Shown here: positions 13,983-27,944 of the stretch, in pieces
Layout: every line of letters starts with the position of its first letter
How positions within the stretch are numbered: the stretch's first letter is position 1
Translations under genes and position numbers: made by a program
DNA from: Octopus vulgaris
Taxonomy: Eukaryota
Length of the DNA stretch: 64,000 nucleotides
Assembly: GCA_951406725.2 (NCBI GenBank)
Contig: OX597826.1
Span: forward strand, 43,338,001-43,402,000
Direction of reading: 5' to 3'
The notes under the pieces: model-generated
What the model was told of the DNA's origin: nothing
The model's database searches: none
Seen by the model: the letters and a program-made list of their open reading frames with translations, nothing else

Positions 13983-14100
13983 CAGAGGAACATCATACTC
14001 TGTGATTTTTGTATTTTAAAATAATCCAATTCCAGTTCTTCATGAAATCGTCTTAGAATTTTACCACGCCTCAACTACTGCTCACGTTCTTTTCTACTAT

Positions 14101-14555
14101 AGACACATGGCCTGAAATTTAAGGGAGGGATCTAGTCGATTACATCGACCCCAGTGTTTCACTGGTTCTTATTTTATCGACCTCGAAAGGATGAAAGGCA
14201 AAATCGACCTCGGTAGAATTTGAACTCAGAGCGTAATGATGGACGAAATGTTGCTAAGCATTTCTCCCGGCATGCTAACGATTGCGCCAGCTCACCGCCT
14301 TTAACTGCCGTTTACATTAATATACCATTGTGAACCGATTTAGGGCGGTGAGGTAGCAGAATCGTAGGCATTTCGGGCAAAATGCTTTGCGATATTTCAT
14401 CCGTCTTTATGTTCCGAGTTCAAATTCCACCAAGGTTGACCCCACATTTCTCCCTCCGGGGTCGATAAAATAAGTACCAACTGAGCACTGTGGTTGATGT
14501 AATCGACTTAAGCTTCCCCCCAAAATTGCTGCCCTTGTTTCAAAATTGAAAACCA
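14101..14555. mobile_element. Head-to-head pair of older SINE A copies (14101-14301 minus; 14343-14555 plus)
   Basis: Both match the family A consensus in opposite orientation, ~40 bp apart. Confidence 0.8.
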
Positions 14556-15360
14556 ATATACCATTGTAAGCCGATTTAAATTCATTGAAAATATACTAAA
14601 TTCTCGTATATGAAAATCCCTAGCAGCTATCGTACTGGCTCTCTTTGTCATAACCGCCATCACATCATAAATTTGTAAAACCTCACTTTTGTACATAGTT
14701 TGTCTTCATGTATAATGATAGAAAAAATAAAAATAAAAAGACGACCATCAGTTTCTATAATTTACTTTACAAAACTTATAGTTTACGGACCTAATATATA
14801 AGGAGCACCACATTAAGAGTACCATATCAGGGTTGGGTTACCATCAGTCGTCATCGAAATTATTTTTAATAAATATCTAACAGTTTTGTGCGATATACAT
14901 ATATTAACACCGTCACACGTTTTCCTGACTTATTCAGAAGTATTTTAACTTGATTCTTCGTTGAAAATGTTGTGCTACACTACCTAATCGAGTTGTTGAT
15001 GAATTATGTGGTCTCATCGAGAAATATATATATAAAAAAATCCAGCTATTTCAAATGTTCTTGAATTAGATTTTCTATATTAGATTCATTTTTCATAACT
15101 TTTATCTTAAACATAACTTCTCTTCATTGTTAAGTAATTCACACAATATATAATGGTTTATGATTTAATTTGTGATACTTCTAATAGCATCCTTATTATG
15201 AAAGTTATCGAATAGACATTATACACATCTGACTCAAGACAAAGGAACGTAGCCTAATGGTTAGGGTGTAGGTTCAATTCCGGATTGGGCAGCGCTTTGT
15301 GTCACTGAGCAAGACACTTCGTTTAACCAGATTTAGTTTGGGTTTGTCATGAACAGCAGA

Positions 15361-15673
15361 GGTGGAGGCGCCATGGCCCAGTGGTTAGGGCAGCGGACTC
15401 GCGGTCGATGGACTGCAGCTTCGATTCCCAGACCGGGCGTTGTGTATGTTTATTGAGCGAAAACACCTAAAATTTCCACGAGGCTCCGGCAGGGGGTGGT
15501 GGCGACCCCTGTTGTACTCTTTCGCCACAACTTTCTCTCACTCTCTCTTCCTGTTTCTTGAGGAACGCTGCGATGGACTGGCGTCCAGTCAAGCTGGGGG
15601 GGGGAACACATACGCCACAGAAACCGGGAAACCGGGCCCATGAGCCTGGCTAGGCTTGAAAAGGACAACGTTT
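15361..15673 (+). mobile_element. SINE family C, full length, 12-bp TSD
   Basis: tRNA-like head TGGCCCAGTGGTTAGGGC...TTCGATTCCC. TSD ATGAAC(A/G)GCAGA at 15349-15360 and 15674-15685. Confidence 0.9.
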
Positions 15674-15779
15674 ATGAACGGCAGAACTCATAAAGCCAGA
15701 GCTTAAGCCGGTTTCCATGGCATTAAGTCACTGAGATTACACTTATCTCTACCATCTCCTCGGCTGAAAAATGAATACC

Positions 15780-16002
15780 TATTTCACAAGGGGCCAAACA
15801 CAGAGAGGACAAACAAGGACAGACAAACGGATTAAGTCGATTATATCGACCCCAGTGCGTAACTGGTACTTATTTAATCGACCCCGAAAAGATGAAAGGC
15901 AAAAATCGACCTCGGCGGAATTTGAACTCAGAACGTAGCGACAGACGAAATACTACTAAGCATTTCGCCCGGCGTGCCAACGTTTCTACCAGCTCGCCAC
16001 CT
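15780..16002 (-). mobile_element. SINE family A with 17-bp TSD
   Basis: TSD GCTGAAAAATGAATACC at 15763-15779 and 16007-16023. Confidence 0.9.
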
Positions 16003-16754
16003 TTCAGCTGAAAAATGAATACCAACCGAGTGCTGGTGTAGCTCCCTCTTCCTCCTGCTGTTATATCGTAGAAGTATCAGTCAAGAGTGGGTCTGCTTCT
16101 ATTCGCGACTACACAGGCACCGAAAACAATTAGGGAAAGCATGGTGCAAGTTATCAAAGCATACTCCATTGCAGGTTCGGCAGGCTCATTTAACTCAATA
16201 ATTTAGTTATACCAGAGTGGAGAGCATAATATTCTTAATTTATTCAACGTTCAACTGGTACTTTAGTTAGAACTGGTTACGCCATGCAAAGTACCTTGAT
16301 TCTGTGGTATCTTAACCACGTAAGGAGGTGCAAGCTGCAATGCAGGCAGTGTCAGAGAATGTGGCGACGTAAGGATAGGCAAGAGTCATGATGTGGATGC
16401 GTTCCGACCTCCTTAGAGTGTAAGGAGCCAAGGGCCGAAATACTTACATGGTGGGGGCGGGACATTTTTTTCTGGAGACCTCTTTACAGTTCTCCCTAGA
16501 GTTACTTACTCTCTTCTCAGCATGTGGAATTTCGCGTCTACGATCGCTGTAAACGGAGTCTCTTGGTAGTCAGTCGATCTGCTAAGAATAGCACCCAAAT
16601 CTTCCGTTAATCAGATCCTTCTGTCGTGTTGCAACTTTTGTAAATATGCACGTATGTATGTATGTATGTATGTATGTATGTATGTATGTATGTATGTATG
16701 TATGTATGTATGTATGCATGTATGTATGTATGTATGCATGTATGTATGTATGTA

Positions 16755-16957
16755 GTTACTCCAAACATGAACAAAGAGAAAACACAACAACGCGAGGACG
16801 TGGAACAAGTATAGTGTTATTGGACGCTCAGGAAAGGAAAGAAAGAAGGAGGATTTAACGTTTCGAGCGGAGCTCTTCGTCAGAAACATAGAAAAAGGAA
16901 AGATCCAAGGAAGCAAAGACGGAGAAAAAAATCGCCAACGATGCACACGCGGTCACA
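16755..16957 (-). mobile_element. Microsatellite-embedded non-coding element carrying a hammerhead-like motif (16853-16887)
   Basis: Second copy at 42932-43095. Minus strand: GTTT-CTGACGA-A-GAGC TCC GCTC-GAAA-CGTT-AAAT. Confidence 0.7.
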
Positions 16958-17079
16958 TGCCCATGAATACATATGTGTATATGCGTGTCTTGTATGTATG
17001 CATTTCCATGACTATATATGCATGTGTATATGTATGCATCTACGTATGTTTATATGCATCTGTGTGTAAGTATATATAT

Positions 17080-17262
17080 GTCACCATGATAGATCGTTAC
17101 ACACATTTTTTCTCTCCTTGTTTTTTCTGTGTCCCTTTCTGTAGAAGAGCGTAGGTTCGAAACGTAAAAGACTTTTTCTATTCCTGAGCGTTATACTAAT
17201 ACATCTGTTTGTTTTGTGCACCACCTGTCTTCGTCTTTTGTTTTTTTCGTAAACACTCCCTA
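17080..17262 (+). mobile_element. Related element with a hammerhead-like motif (17135-17170)
   Basis: CTTT-CTGTAGA-A-GAGC GTAG GTTC-GAAA-CGTA-AAAG. Shares the downstream TTCCTGAGCGT and a similar 5' end with the 16755 element. Confidence 0.6.
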
Positions 17263-18303
17263 TATATGTATATATGTACATATTTGCATGAGTGTGTGTG
17301 TGTGTGTGTTTATGTGTGTGTCTGTGTGTTTGTATGCAGGCATACCCTTTTTTTTACTGACGACACCAAAACTCCAACGAAGAAACAAACGACTCGGTGT
17401 TGTTGTTGGTGTTGGTGTTGGTGGTAGTCGGTGATAAATTAAGTTGAAACTGTCAAGTTCAGCGGTAGATGTGCAGTAATGAGATCGAATCATCTCGCAA
17501 GGAGAATGTAAACGATATTTTGCGAGGACAACGTGCTTTGAGTGAGTTGAATGGATTCAATATGACACGAAATCTACGTATAGACGGAAACATGTGGAGA
17601 CATTGCTATGGAGAACTTATGGTTTAACTTTGCCCCCAACACAGGACATGTGGATGGAGTTTTTGTTTCTTTTGCTTTTACAGGCAAAATAACATTAATA
17701 CGGAGTTGTTAAAATGACTGACAGACACTCAGAAATTCATACATGCATACACACTCCAACATAGTCTATGTACATGTGGATGCGCACGCAGGCAGACATG
17801 TACACATGTAACTCATACGCACACATCCGATCGTGAATACCTCACATAAAATGTCTCATGTTTCATGTGTTAGAATGCATGTATGTATGTATGTATGTAT
17901 GTATGTATGTATGTATGTATGTATGTATGTATGTATGTATGCATGTATGTATGTATGTACGTACGTACGTACGAATGGATGTATTATGTATGTATGTATG
18001 TCCATGAATATGTATGTGTATATTTATATATGTTCATAAATATGTGTGTGTGTATATATATATGTGAGTATATGCATCTATGTATATCTATGTGTATCAA
18101 CATATGCATGTAAGTATGTATGTGCATATGCCTGTGAGTAAGTATTTACCTGCCGCTGTATGCATGTCTGTATGTATGCCTGTATATATATATATATATA
18201 TATATATATGTTTGTGTGTATGTGTGTATGTATGCATGTTTATGAGTGTAAGTCTTTGAGCGTGTTTACATGTATATGCTTATATTAATATGTATGATGT
18301 ACT

Positions 18304-18335
<32 letters not shown>

Positions 18336-18633
18336 CATGTGTGTATTCTTGTGAGTATGTATATATGTGTATCTGTGTACATATATATTGTGTGTGTGAA
18401 AGGACGTACATATGTATGTGCATATATATATATATATGGCCATGTATATGTGAGTATGTATCAATATACGTGTGTGTTCTCCACGCAAAGAAAGCAAGCT
18501 GTTTATCAGCTGTGGTTCGTTCCATAGTTTCGTATCATTTACACCAGTACTCATTTTTATTTATTTACTCGACTAACCTTTCCTCTCGTTCCTCGCCAGA
18601 AAGACGACGGCTGTAATACATCAGTAAGCCGTT

Positions 18634-18701
<68 letters not shown>

Positions 18702-18935
18702 AGAGAGTATGTGTGTAGGGGTAGACGTATAGATTTCGTAAGGATTAAAAGTTGTTTTACAGCTTCTTGTGCCATGTGTTGGTTATATTTGACTGGTTGG
18801 CTGGTTGGCTGGCTGGTTGGTTGGTCGGTTGGTTACTCAACCGCTTAGCAGAAATATTTCAACTGTTAAGTATGGAAAATATCACAGTTCAAACTGTCTC
18901 CATCCTACTGCCGCAAATATATCCTATTTTTTAAA

Positions 18936-19427
18936 GACGACGATGGTAATGATGGTTAAAATGATGACGACGATGATGATGGTGACGACGACGGCGACGA
19001 CTATGACAATGACGATGATGACGACGATGGTGTTGATAATGGACATCAAGTTGTCGGCATTTACGATGATTATGATGATACGGTGATGTTGGCATTGATG
19101 TTAATGTTCACGACAACGTTGACGACAGCAATCATGATGACGACGACGACGACGACGACCTCACGTGTCGACGACAATCATAACGATCACAATAACGATC
19201 CTGATGATGATGATTGTGATGATGACGACGATGACGATGATGATGATGATGACGATGATGATGATGATTATGGCGATGACGATGATGATGACGATGATGA
19301 TGATGATGATGATGAGGATGATGATGATGATGATGACGATGATGATGATGACAACGATGATGATGATGATAACGATGATGACGATGATGATGATGACAAC
19401 GATGATGATGATGATAACGATGATGAC

Positions 19428-19485
<58 letters not shown>

Positions 19486-19606
19486 GTGATAATGACGACG
19501 ACGATGATGATGATGATGATGATTATGACGATGACGATGATGATAATGACGATGATGATAATGATGATGATAATGATGACGACGATGATGATGATGATGA
19601 CGACGG

Positions 19607-19637
<31 letters not shown>

Positions 19638-19785
19638 AATGATGATGGTGATAATGATGACGACGACGACGACGATGATGATGATGATGATGATGATGAT
19701 GATAATGATGATGGTGATAATGACGACGACGATGATGATGATGATGATTATGACGATGACGATGATGATAATGACGATGATGATA

Positions 19786-19841
<56 letters not shown>

Positions 19842-19875
19842 AATGATGACGATGATGATAATGATGATGATGATA

Positions 19876-19918
<43 letters not shown>

Positions 19919-20160
19919 CGATGATGATGACGACGACGATGATGATGATGGTGATGATGGTGATGATTATGATTGCGATGATGACGCCAACGATGCTCAT
20001 GATAATAATGTCAATGACAACGAAACTGATGATGATCTTAATTACGATCACGATAATGGCGACGATTACGATTACGGCGATAAAAAAAACAAAAAACGGT
20101 GATGCTGGAGTTGGTAATGATGAAGAATGACAACGACAACGACGACTTCGTGACGGCAAT
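18936..20160. repeat. ~1.2-kb degenerate (GAT/GAC/AAT)n trinucleotide array
   Basis: Read directly; source of the 339-aa poly-D, 332-aa poly-I and 321-aa poly-M ORFs. Confidence 0.95.
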
Positions 20161-20248
20161 GCTAAAGATTGATCACAGCTGATGCTTATATTGAAGTTTT
20201 ATTATCAATGTAATAAAGGCGCTTTCACAGTTGACACTAGAAAAGTAC

Positions 20249-20475
20249 CGAGCTGGCAGAAACATTAGCACGCCGGGCGAAATGCTTAGCGGTATTTCGT
20301 CTGCCGTTACGTTCTGAGTTCAAATTCCGCCGAGGTCGACTTTGCCTTTCATCCTTTCGGGGTCGATAAATTAAGTACCAGTTAAGTACTGGGGTCGATG
20401 TAATCGACTTAATACCTATGTCTGTCCTTGTTTGTCCGCTCTGTGTTTAGCCCCTTGTGATGATAAAGAAATAGG
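20249..20475 (+). mobile_element. SINE family A
   Basis: Near-consensus match, ending AAAGAAATAGG. Confidence 0.9.
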
Positions 20476-20619
20476 AAAACCACAGTTCCTTGCTTTCCCT
20501 TAAAACGGGGGTCGAGCTGATCAAATGCATTGTTTTAGTAGATATAAATGATTGTGTGAGTGTATTTATGTGTATGTGTGTTTGTAGGTGTGTAAGACAG
20601 TACATATAGTAAATATATA

Positions 20620-20925
20620 TACTCTTTTACTCTTTTACTTGTTTCAGTCATTTGACTGTGGCCATGCTAGAGCACCGCCTTTTAGTCGAGCAAATCGACC
20701 CCAGGACTTATTCTTTGTAAGTCTAGTACTTATTCTATCGGTTCTCTTTTGCCGAACCGCAAAGTTACGGGGACGTAAAGACACCAGTATCGGTTGCCAA
20801 GCGATGTTGTGGTGGAGGGCAAACACAGACACACAAACATACACACACACACATATCTCTCTCTCTATATATATATATATACTATGGGCGCCTTTTCAAT
20901 TTCCGTCTACCAAATCCACTCGCAA
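20620..20925 (-). mobile_element. SINE family B, 5'-truncated
   Basis: Match to 40587-41060, including the (GTAAAAGA)n tail. Confidence 0.85.
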
Positions 20926-20950
20926 GACACACAAATCCACATCGAATATG

Positions 20951-21059
<109 letters not shown>

Positions 21060-21167
21060 TTATGTATGTACATATGTACCTATCTATATACATGTCTGTC
21101 TTCATGTAAATATGTAACGTTTATAAACTTACATATATGTGCCTATATATCTATATGTATATACATA

Positions 21168-21211
<44 letters not shown>

Positions 21212-22117
21212 GGTGCCCCAGCATGGCCACAGCTCATAGGCTGGAACTGGAATCAATCAATCAATCATATATACACGTATGCATACAGACACAGACACGT
21301 AGACGCGCTCACACACTGACATACGTAGATAAAAGCGTACTTAAGTAAAATGATGAAGATTATTACGAGGTAAGTTGAAGAGAAGGCGACAGACAAATAA
21401 TATACGAAGTTAGGCAAATCACGCGATAGAAAATTCGTAAAAAAAAAGAAAATAAAGAAAACAGTTGCAATGAAAGAATATGTACAATGAAAATCACATC
21501 TACTCACTCATAGACACACACACGTTAACTATCTATTACGTATCGTGACTCAGCAGCCACTTCATTTAAGAAGACTCCTTGAATCACCGGTTTTTAGCTG
21601 ATAAAAAGTGAACAATCTTAAGAATAATATCGACGCCTAATCTGGACCTCGTCTTCAACAAGCATCCAGTCTCACACAGCTTCGACTGGATCAGACAAAT
21701 CTAATAAAAATACGAGATACGAGATGACTATTTTGTTCAGCTGTCATAATACAAGATCGATATTTGTATCATGATTGACTTGAAAAATATAAATTATTGT
21801 TTGAATTACTTATTGAGAAAAATCGATAAACAAATTTTTCACTTAACTTACTTATGAAAGAAGCACAAGTAGTAGTCAAGATAGAATTTCAAGATTTAGT
21901 TTCCGTCTTTTTATAGGCAAGAGTGTTAGGAAGGTCATTTAAGATATTTTATACAATGAACATGTCGAGGAGAAATTTAGAATTTCAATAAGAAGATAGT
22001 GGAGATGAGTGATTAATATTTCAAAAACCTGATTCAAAGATATCTGAAGATATGATTCTACTAACTTCAGCCGTAGTAGCATCTCTCTCTCCCTCCCTGC
22101 CCCACTCTCTCTCTATG

Positions 22118-22148
<31 letters not shown>

Positions 22149-22291
22149 GACTGTGTTATACAATCAGTTCCCTTATACATATATACATACATACGTACGT
22201 ACATACATACATACTGATATATATATATATATATATATAAATATAAACACGAGCATATATATGAATATATAAACACATTTACATACGTGTC

Positions 22292-22369
<78 letters not shown>

Positions 22370-22437
22370 AATATCTATCTACCTATCTATATGGATATCT
22401 AGATATTGATATGTAAATATATATGTATATAAGTATT

Positions 22438-22506
<69 letters not shown>

Positions 22507-22577
22507 GTATATATATATATATGCATATATATACATATATATATATACGTATATATATGTATGTGTATGTATGTATG

Positions 22578-22609
<32 letters not shown>

Positions 22610-23311
22610 CATATATTCATGCATTTATGAGAATTTCAATTGAAGGAGATTCTAGTTTTAATTTCGTCAATCAAAAAGTATAGTTTGAATTTATTAAGCA
22701 TAATAAATGAGTTATTAAAACGTAGAGAACATTCTAGTTTTCCCTCTTTCTCTCTCTCTGTCTCCCTCCCTCACCCCCTCCTCTCTCTCTCTGTCTCCCT
22801 TCCTCCCTCACCCTCTACCCCCCCTCTCTCTCTTTTCATTCAACATTTTGTTGCAGAACACCAAAATGTATTTTTCACAATTTTAACAGCACGCAATTGC
22901 CATTGTAAAATATTTATTTTTCTCCAGCCAGATTTCTGTTCAACGTAATTTGTTCAATTAACATCTTTCGTGCAGACCCATTTTTTAAATAGACTCTTCT
23001 TCTGGTTTATTTGCATGAAACTGTTGTCTATTATTATATTTTAACTCCTGTACAAAAAGCAACGTTCTTTTCCTTGAACATTTACGTTCAAATTTAAAAG
23101 TTTTGACATAAGCACTTTGGAAATTAATGGCAAAAAGATGAAAAATCACCGGAGAAATTTAAACCAATTTAGATTCGAAATATGGTTTGATGCGCATATT
23201 TTGTCAGACATGCCATCATAATAACTATAAATGATCGGTATTGTGATATTATGGGTATTTAACTCCTTGAATACATCCCGCCATTCCTTCACCCATGTGT
23301 GTATATATATG

Positions 23312-23477
23312 TATGCATAAATGGGTGCAGGACGTCACCGGGTGTGTAAACAACATGAAGTACGAAAACAAACGAGGTAAATACGCAAGCAACGTGAGAA
23401 AAATGGAAAACAGGACAAATAAACACAGATAACGAGCGTTCATCTATCTACTCCCCATGACGTCCTGTATCCATATA

Positions 23478-23483
<6 letters not shown>
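23312..23483. mobile_element. TA-embedded element with 26-bp terminal inverted repeat
   Basis: TATGCATAAATGGGTGCAGGACGTCA / TGACGTCCTGTATCCATATATGCATA (3 mismatches). Related sequence at 60582-60760 and 32062-32235. Confidence 0.6.
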
Positions 23484-23520
<37 letters not shown>

Positions 23521-23790
23521 TTATATTTATAAATACGTTATCTATATCATTACTTAATTGAATGGTACGCATCTATTTTTATGTATGTATATATATATAT
23601 ATGTATATATATATGTGTCTGTATATATATATACACACAAACACGCACATACACCCCCATATATACTCACTCAAACATACTGATATATATATATATATAT
23701 ATATATATAGAAAATAGTAAAAAGTGATGTTTATGTTGTCTCAACATAAACATAACGATAACTCTTCTCAACATAAACATAACGATGTAA

Positions 23791-23826
23791 GAAATTTGAA
23801 AAGCTGAACGCGAAACCGGTCATTTC
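23791..23826 (+). ncRNA. Minimal type-I hammerhead-like motif with U3-A8 core variant
   Basis: GAAAT-TTGAAAA-GC TGAAC GC-GAAA-CCGGTC-ATTTC, inside a (TA)n-flanked island at ~23710-23990. Confidence 0.6.
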
Positions 23827-24129
23827 GTCTAAATTATGTCATTGTAAGAAAAAGAATTTATAATATTCTTCAGACATATTGACTATAATATATATTTTTT
23901 AACCTTTTAAAACAAGCCTTCTGTAGTTTTTTCACTTTTTACTATCTTTTATATATTCAACCACGTTCTTTCACAAACCAACTTTCTCATATATATATTT
24001 ATATATATATATATCATCATCGTCGTCGTCGCAGGTTCTACTTCGTTTTCTTGTTTTATGCTTCCTCATTTCTTTCTTAGTTTGTGCTTCTTTATTTCTG
24101 TTGTTGCTTTTCAAGGCTGGCATCACAAA

Positions 24130-24285
24130 CTTTTGTGTGGAAAAATTGTCCACAGAGGTCACAACGACACTAAATCCTGGGAGCAGCATAGAACGGAAAC
24201 AACAGCATGGCGTCACATTATCAAGATCGGCGCAGAACATTTTGATAAAAACATCGCCGAAGAAATGAAGATAAACTCAGCACCG
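24130..24285 (+). mobile_element. RTE (BovB-like) LINE C-terminal fragment
   Basis: Peptide [36 protein letters not shown] fits the RTE/BovB 'SWE..A.DR..WR..I..G...F' C-terminal pattern. Confidence 0.55.
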
Positions 24286-24351
24286 ATATGTATGTATGTT
24301 TGCATGCATGTATGTATGTATGTATGTTTATATATAGGTATATGTATGTAT

Positions 24352-24385
<34 letters not shown>

Positions 24386-24386
24386 A

Positions 24387-24475
<89 letters not shown>

Positions 24476-25544
24476 GTACATATATATATTTATAAATATA
24501 CACACATATATATGTATATATTAATGTTTGTTTTCTGCCAAGTTATATATAAAATCAATTTAACGTTGAGCAAAAAGATTACTAAATACTTCTGAGTAAA
24601 GTAGCTATTCATTCAATTTTTGGGATATATATTCTTAACACGTGCAGGCCGGTTCAGACGCAAAATATATGCCTCTCGCTGTAGTGTGTGTCACAGTAAA
24701 AAGACTTTACTATGACAGTGAGTTCAACAAACTCGGCTTATTGGCGCTCTAAATTCTGGGCGACTGATGTTTGACATGTGTCGTACAGCGATCAGCATAT
24801 TTTGCATATGTGTCCGTCTAAACATGCTAACTAAAAAATTACTGCATGGTTGCGTGATAGTGGTATCAGTTGTGACATGCGGACCATCAAATAACTTCTT
24901 TGACATTGCGTTTTTATCCTTCTCTTCTGTTTTACAAATTCAGGGTGCACATTCTTCTTTTCTCGGCTACTATTCAAAACTGATTATAGATGACAACCAT
25001 CTCATGAACTGCGTTTGTGAGGAGCGCTTCGCGCACCGATGGCTGTGAGAAGATAAATATGCGAATAATCATCCCAGATCTCGCTATACCAGGTGTAAAT
25101 AACGATTTATTTTACATTTTAATTTTTACGGAAAAAAAAAAAAACGTTTGAGGGAGACTTGCCAGCTCATTAAGAGACTTGCCAGAAGTGCCAGCTCATT
25201 AGCGTGAGCAAGCTGAAACACCGAAGTCCGAGTCAACCTTTTGCCTTGTAAAAGTTCATATATATCTCAAAGTACATATAAAGCTATAAATAATAGCATA
25301 TGAATATTGGATTGTAACCTCCTCATGGAGTGAAAAAGTCGTAGGCTGCCAATGGTACACGAACCAACATCTGCTGTAAACATGACAGGCGTTTTACCAT
25401 TGTACCAAAGTAATCCTCCTATTTTCGATATCCATTTTAGAATCTTCTTACTAGACAAAATTGTATATTGTTGACGTCATAGTATATATACATACACACA
25501 TGCATACATACATATATACATACATATATATGTATGTGTATATA

Positions 25545-25578
<34 letters not shown>

Positions 25579-25604
25579 CATACATATATATGTATACATA
25601 TATA

Positions 25605-25645
<41 letters not shown>

Positions 25646-25847
25646 CATATATATATATATATAAATAATTTTATCATTATAAATATAATTATAATTAGGG
25701 TTTAGCAAAATTGCTTCACCACATACCGAAATTTAGAAATAGCAGTTAAATACTATTCTACTACAATAACATATCTCCCAGATAGCAATACTCTCAACTC
25801 ACACAGGCAAAAAGAAAAAAAGAGCGAATTCACCCGGCCTTTGATTA

Positions 25848-25916
25848 ACTATAAACGCGTTTCAGGATTAAATATTTGTAAAATTAACCATACCTTATTT
25901 ACATCATAAGTATAGT
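25848..25916 (-). ncRNA. Degenerate hammerhead-like motif (G5>U) in a (TA)n-flanked island (~25665-26295)
   Basis: Minus strand: ACTATA-CTTATGA-[40 nt]-GAAA-CGCGTT-TATAGT. Perfect 6-bp stem I and palindromic stem III, but stem II is not closed. Confidence 0.4.
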
Positions 25917-26295
25917 ATTTCAATTATAAATTTGAGAGCACTAGTAATCAAGATATTTATTCTACCAAGCGCCATCGAACAAAATTAATATCCAAAACCA
26001 GTACTTAAAATACAAAGACTCGATTTAGACCAGAAAAATAATTCAGAAGCCTGCATACATAATTATTTAGCGTTTATGTAAATTTAACTATTCTTTGAGT
26101 TGAATTATTAATTGCTATTATATAAAGATTTAAATGTGTACAGTTATTATTAATTATAAAGTTCCTCAAAGGATTAATACTGTAAACATTTGGAATTTAT
26201 TGGATGGTAAGCTTCCTGAACTTCTTTGAAGCTTAATCAGCCTACCTGGTCTGACCGGATAATGAGTATTCACATAATTATAATAGATGATCAAC

Positions 26296-26819
<524 letters not shown>

Positions 26820-27022
26820 AAGTTTTCAGGATCCTATAGACTGATGGTATTCAAATAGGAAAAGTACCAAGGCAAAGTCGGAGATAATGCACTTGTGTTG
26901 TAACAGTGTTTATCAATAAAGAAAACGATATCTTTTTTTTTATATGGCGTAATACTTTTGTTCTTCAATTAAGAGCTTGTCTGAAACAGCTGTAGTGAAC
27001 CTCAGCCCATCTGTGTTGTTGT

Positions 27023-27068
<46 letters not shown>

Positions 27069-27944
27069 TGTGTGTGTGTATGTATATTTGTGTGTGTGTG
27101 CGTGTAAGTATATGTTTATATGTATGTAAATGGAAGACCCAACCCGAAATTCAGGAAGTAGGTATGTGATGGTCTCTCTCATCAAAAATAAACCCATGGA
27201 AACTGTTATTGAAAAGTTGAATTGCCGTTAGGAGTGAAGAAACAAACGCTTTGGGGCCTAGCGCTTCATCTATAAGTTGTCTAGGCAGGAAAAAATGCTA
27301 CCACGTCGGTTGTAACTGTGAGTGGAAAACTTAACATTTATCTGATAATGTGAATAGACAGAAGAATCTCATCGTATCAATCGTAACTGTAAATGAATGA
27401 CTTAACGTTTCGGAGCTTTCGTCTTCATCTGAAAGTTGTGAAGACAGAGGAAATGCTAATGCTGTCGTCGTAATTTAGCGAATGAAGAATGGAACGTATA
27501 TCCAGAATAGAATTGTATGTGTCATGTATAAGATATGCATGTGAATGTTTCTGCAAAAAGATTAGTTACACATAGTGTGCACACGCGCAGGTGTGTGTGT
27601 ATGTGTGTGTATGAGTGCGAGTGTGTGTGTGTGAGTGTGAGTGTATGTATGTGATTCTGAGTTTGGTTATGTGTGTGTGTGTGTGTGTGCACGTCCGTAG
27701 TTTAATTTTGTTTTCTTTTATCGAATGCTTTCTGGTTTAGGTTGGAGTCCTGCAATTTTGCCTAGCACTCCATTTTGTCAGCCTGGAAGGGGGTTAAAAA
27801 CAAAGTTGACCTCAGCGGGACTGAACCCCAGAACGCAAAATGCCGTAAGAATTAATGCAGGTTGTTTGCTGCTTCCGACTTTCTTACGATTCTTCAAGCT
27901 CACAACCCTTTAACAGAATAGCTACAAAATTTCAATGGTTACGC

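Noticed and set aside
15361-15440. tRNA gene
   Set aside because: The tRNA-like head lacks a proper acceptor stem and continues into a multi-copy SINE body with a TSD.
19083-20159. 339-aa poly-Asp ORF and overlapping poly-Ile/poly-Met ORFs
   Set aside because: Open in several frames and on both strands because of the (GAT)n array; no complex domain or splice evidence.
24633-25100. Possible piggyBac end (TTAACACGTG...) with decayed Cys-rich C-terminus on the minus strand
   Set aside because: Needs several frameshifts and no second TIR was found; not supportable by eye.
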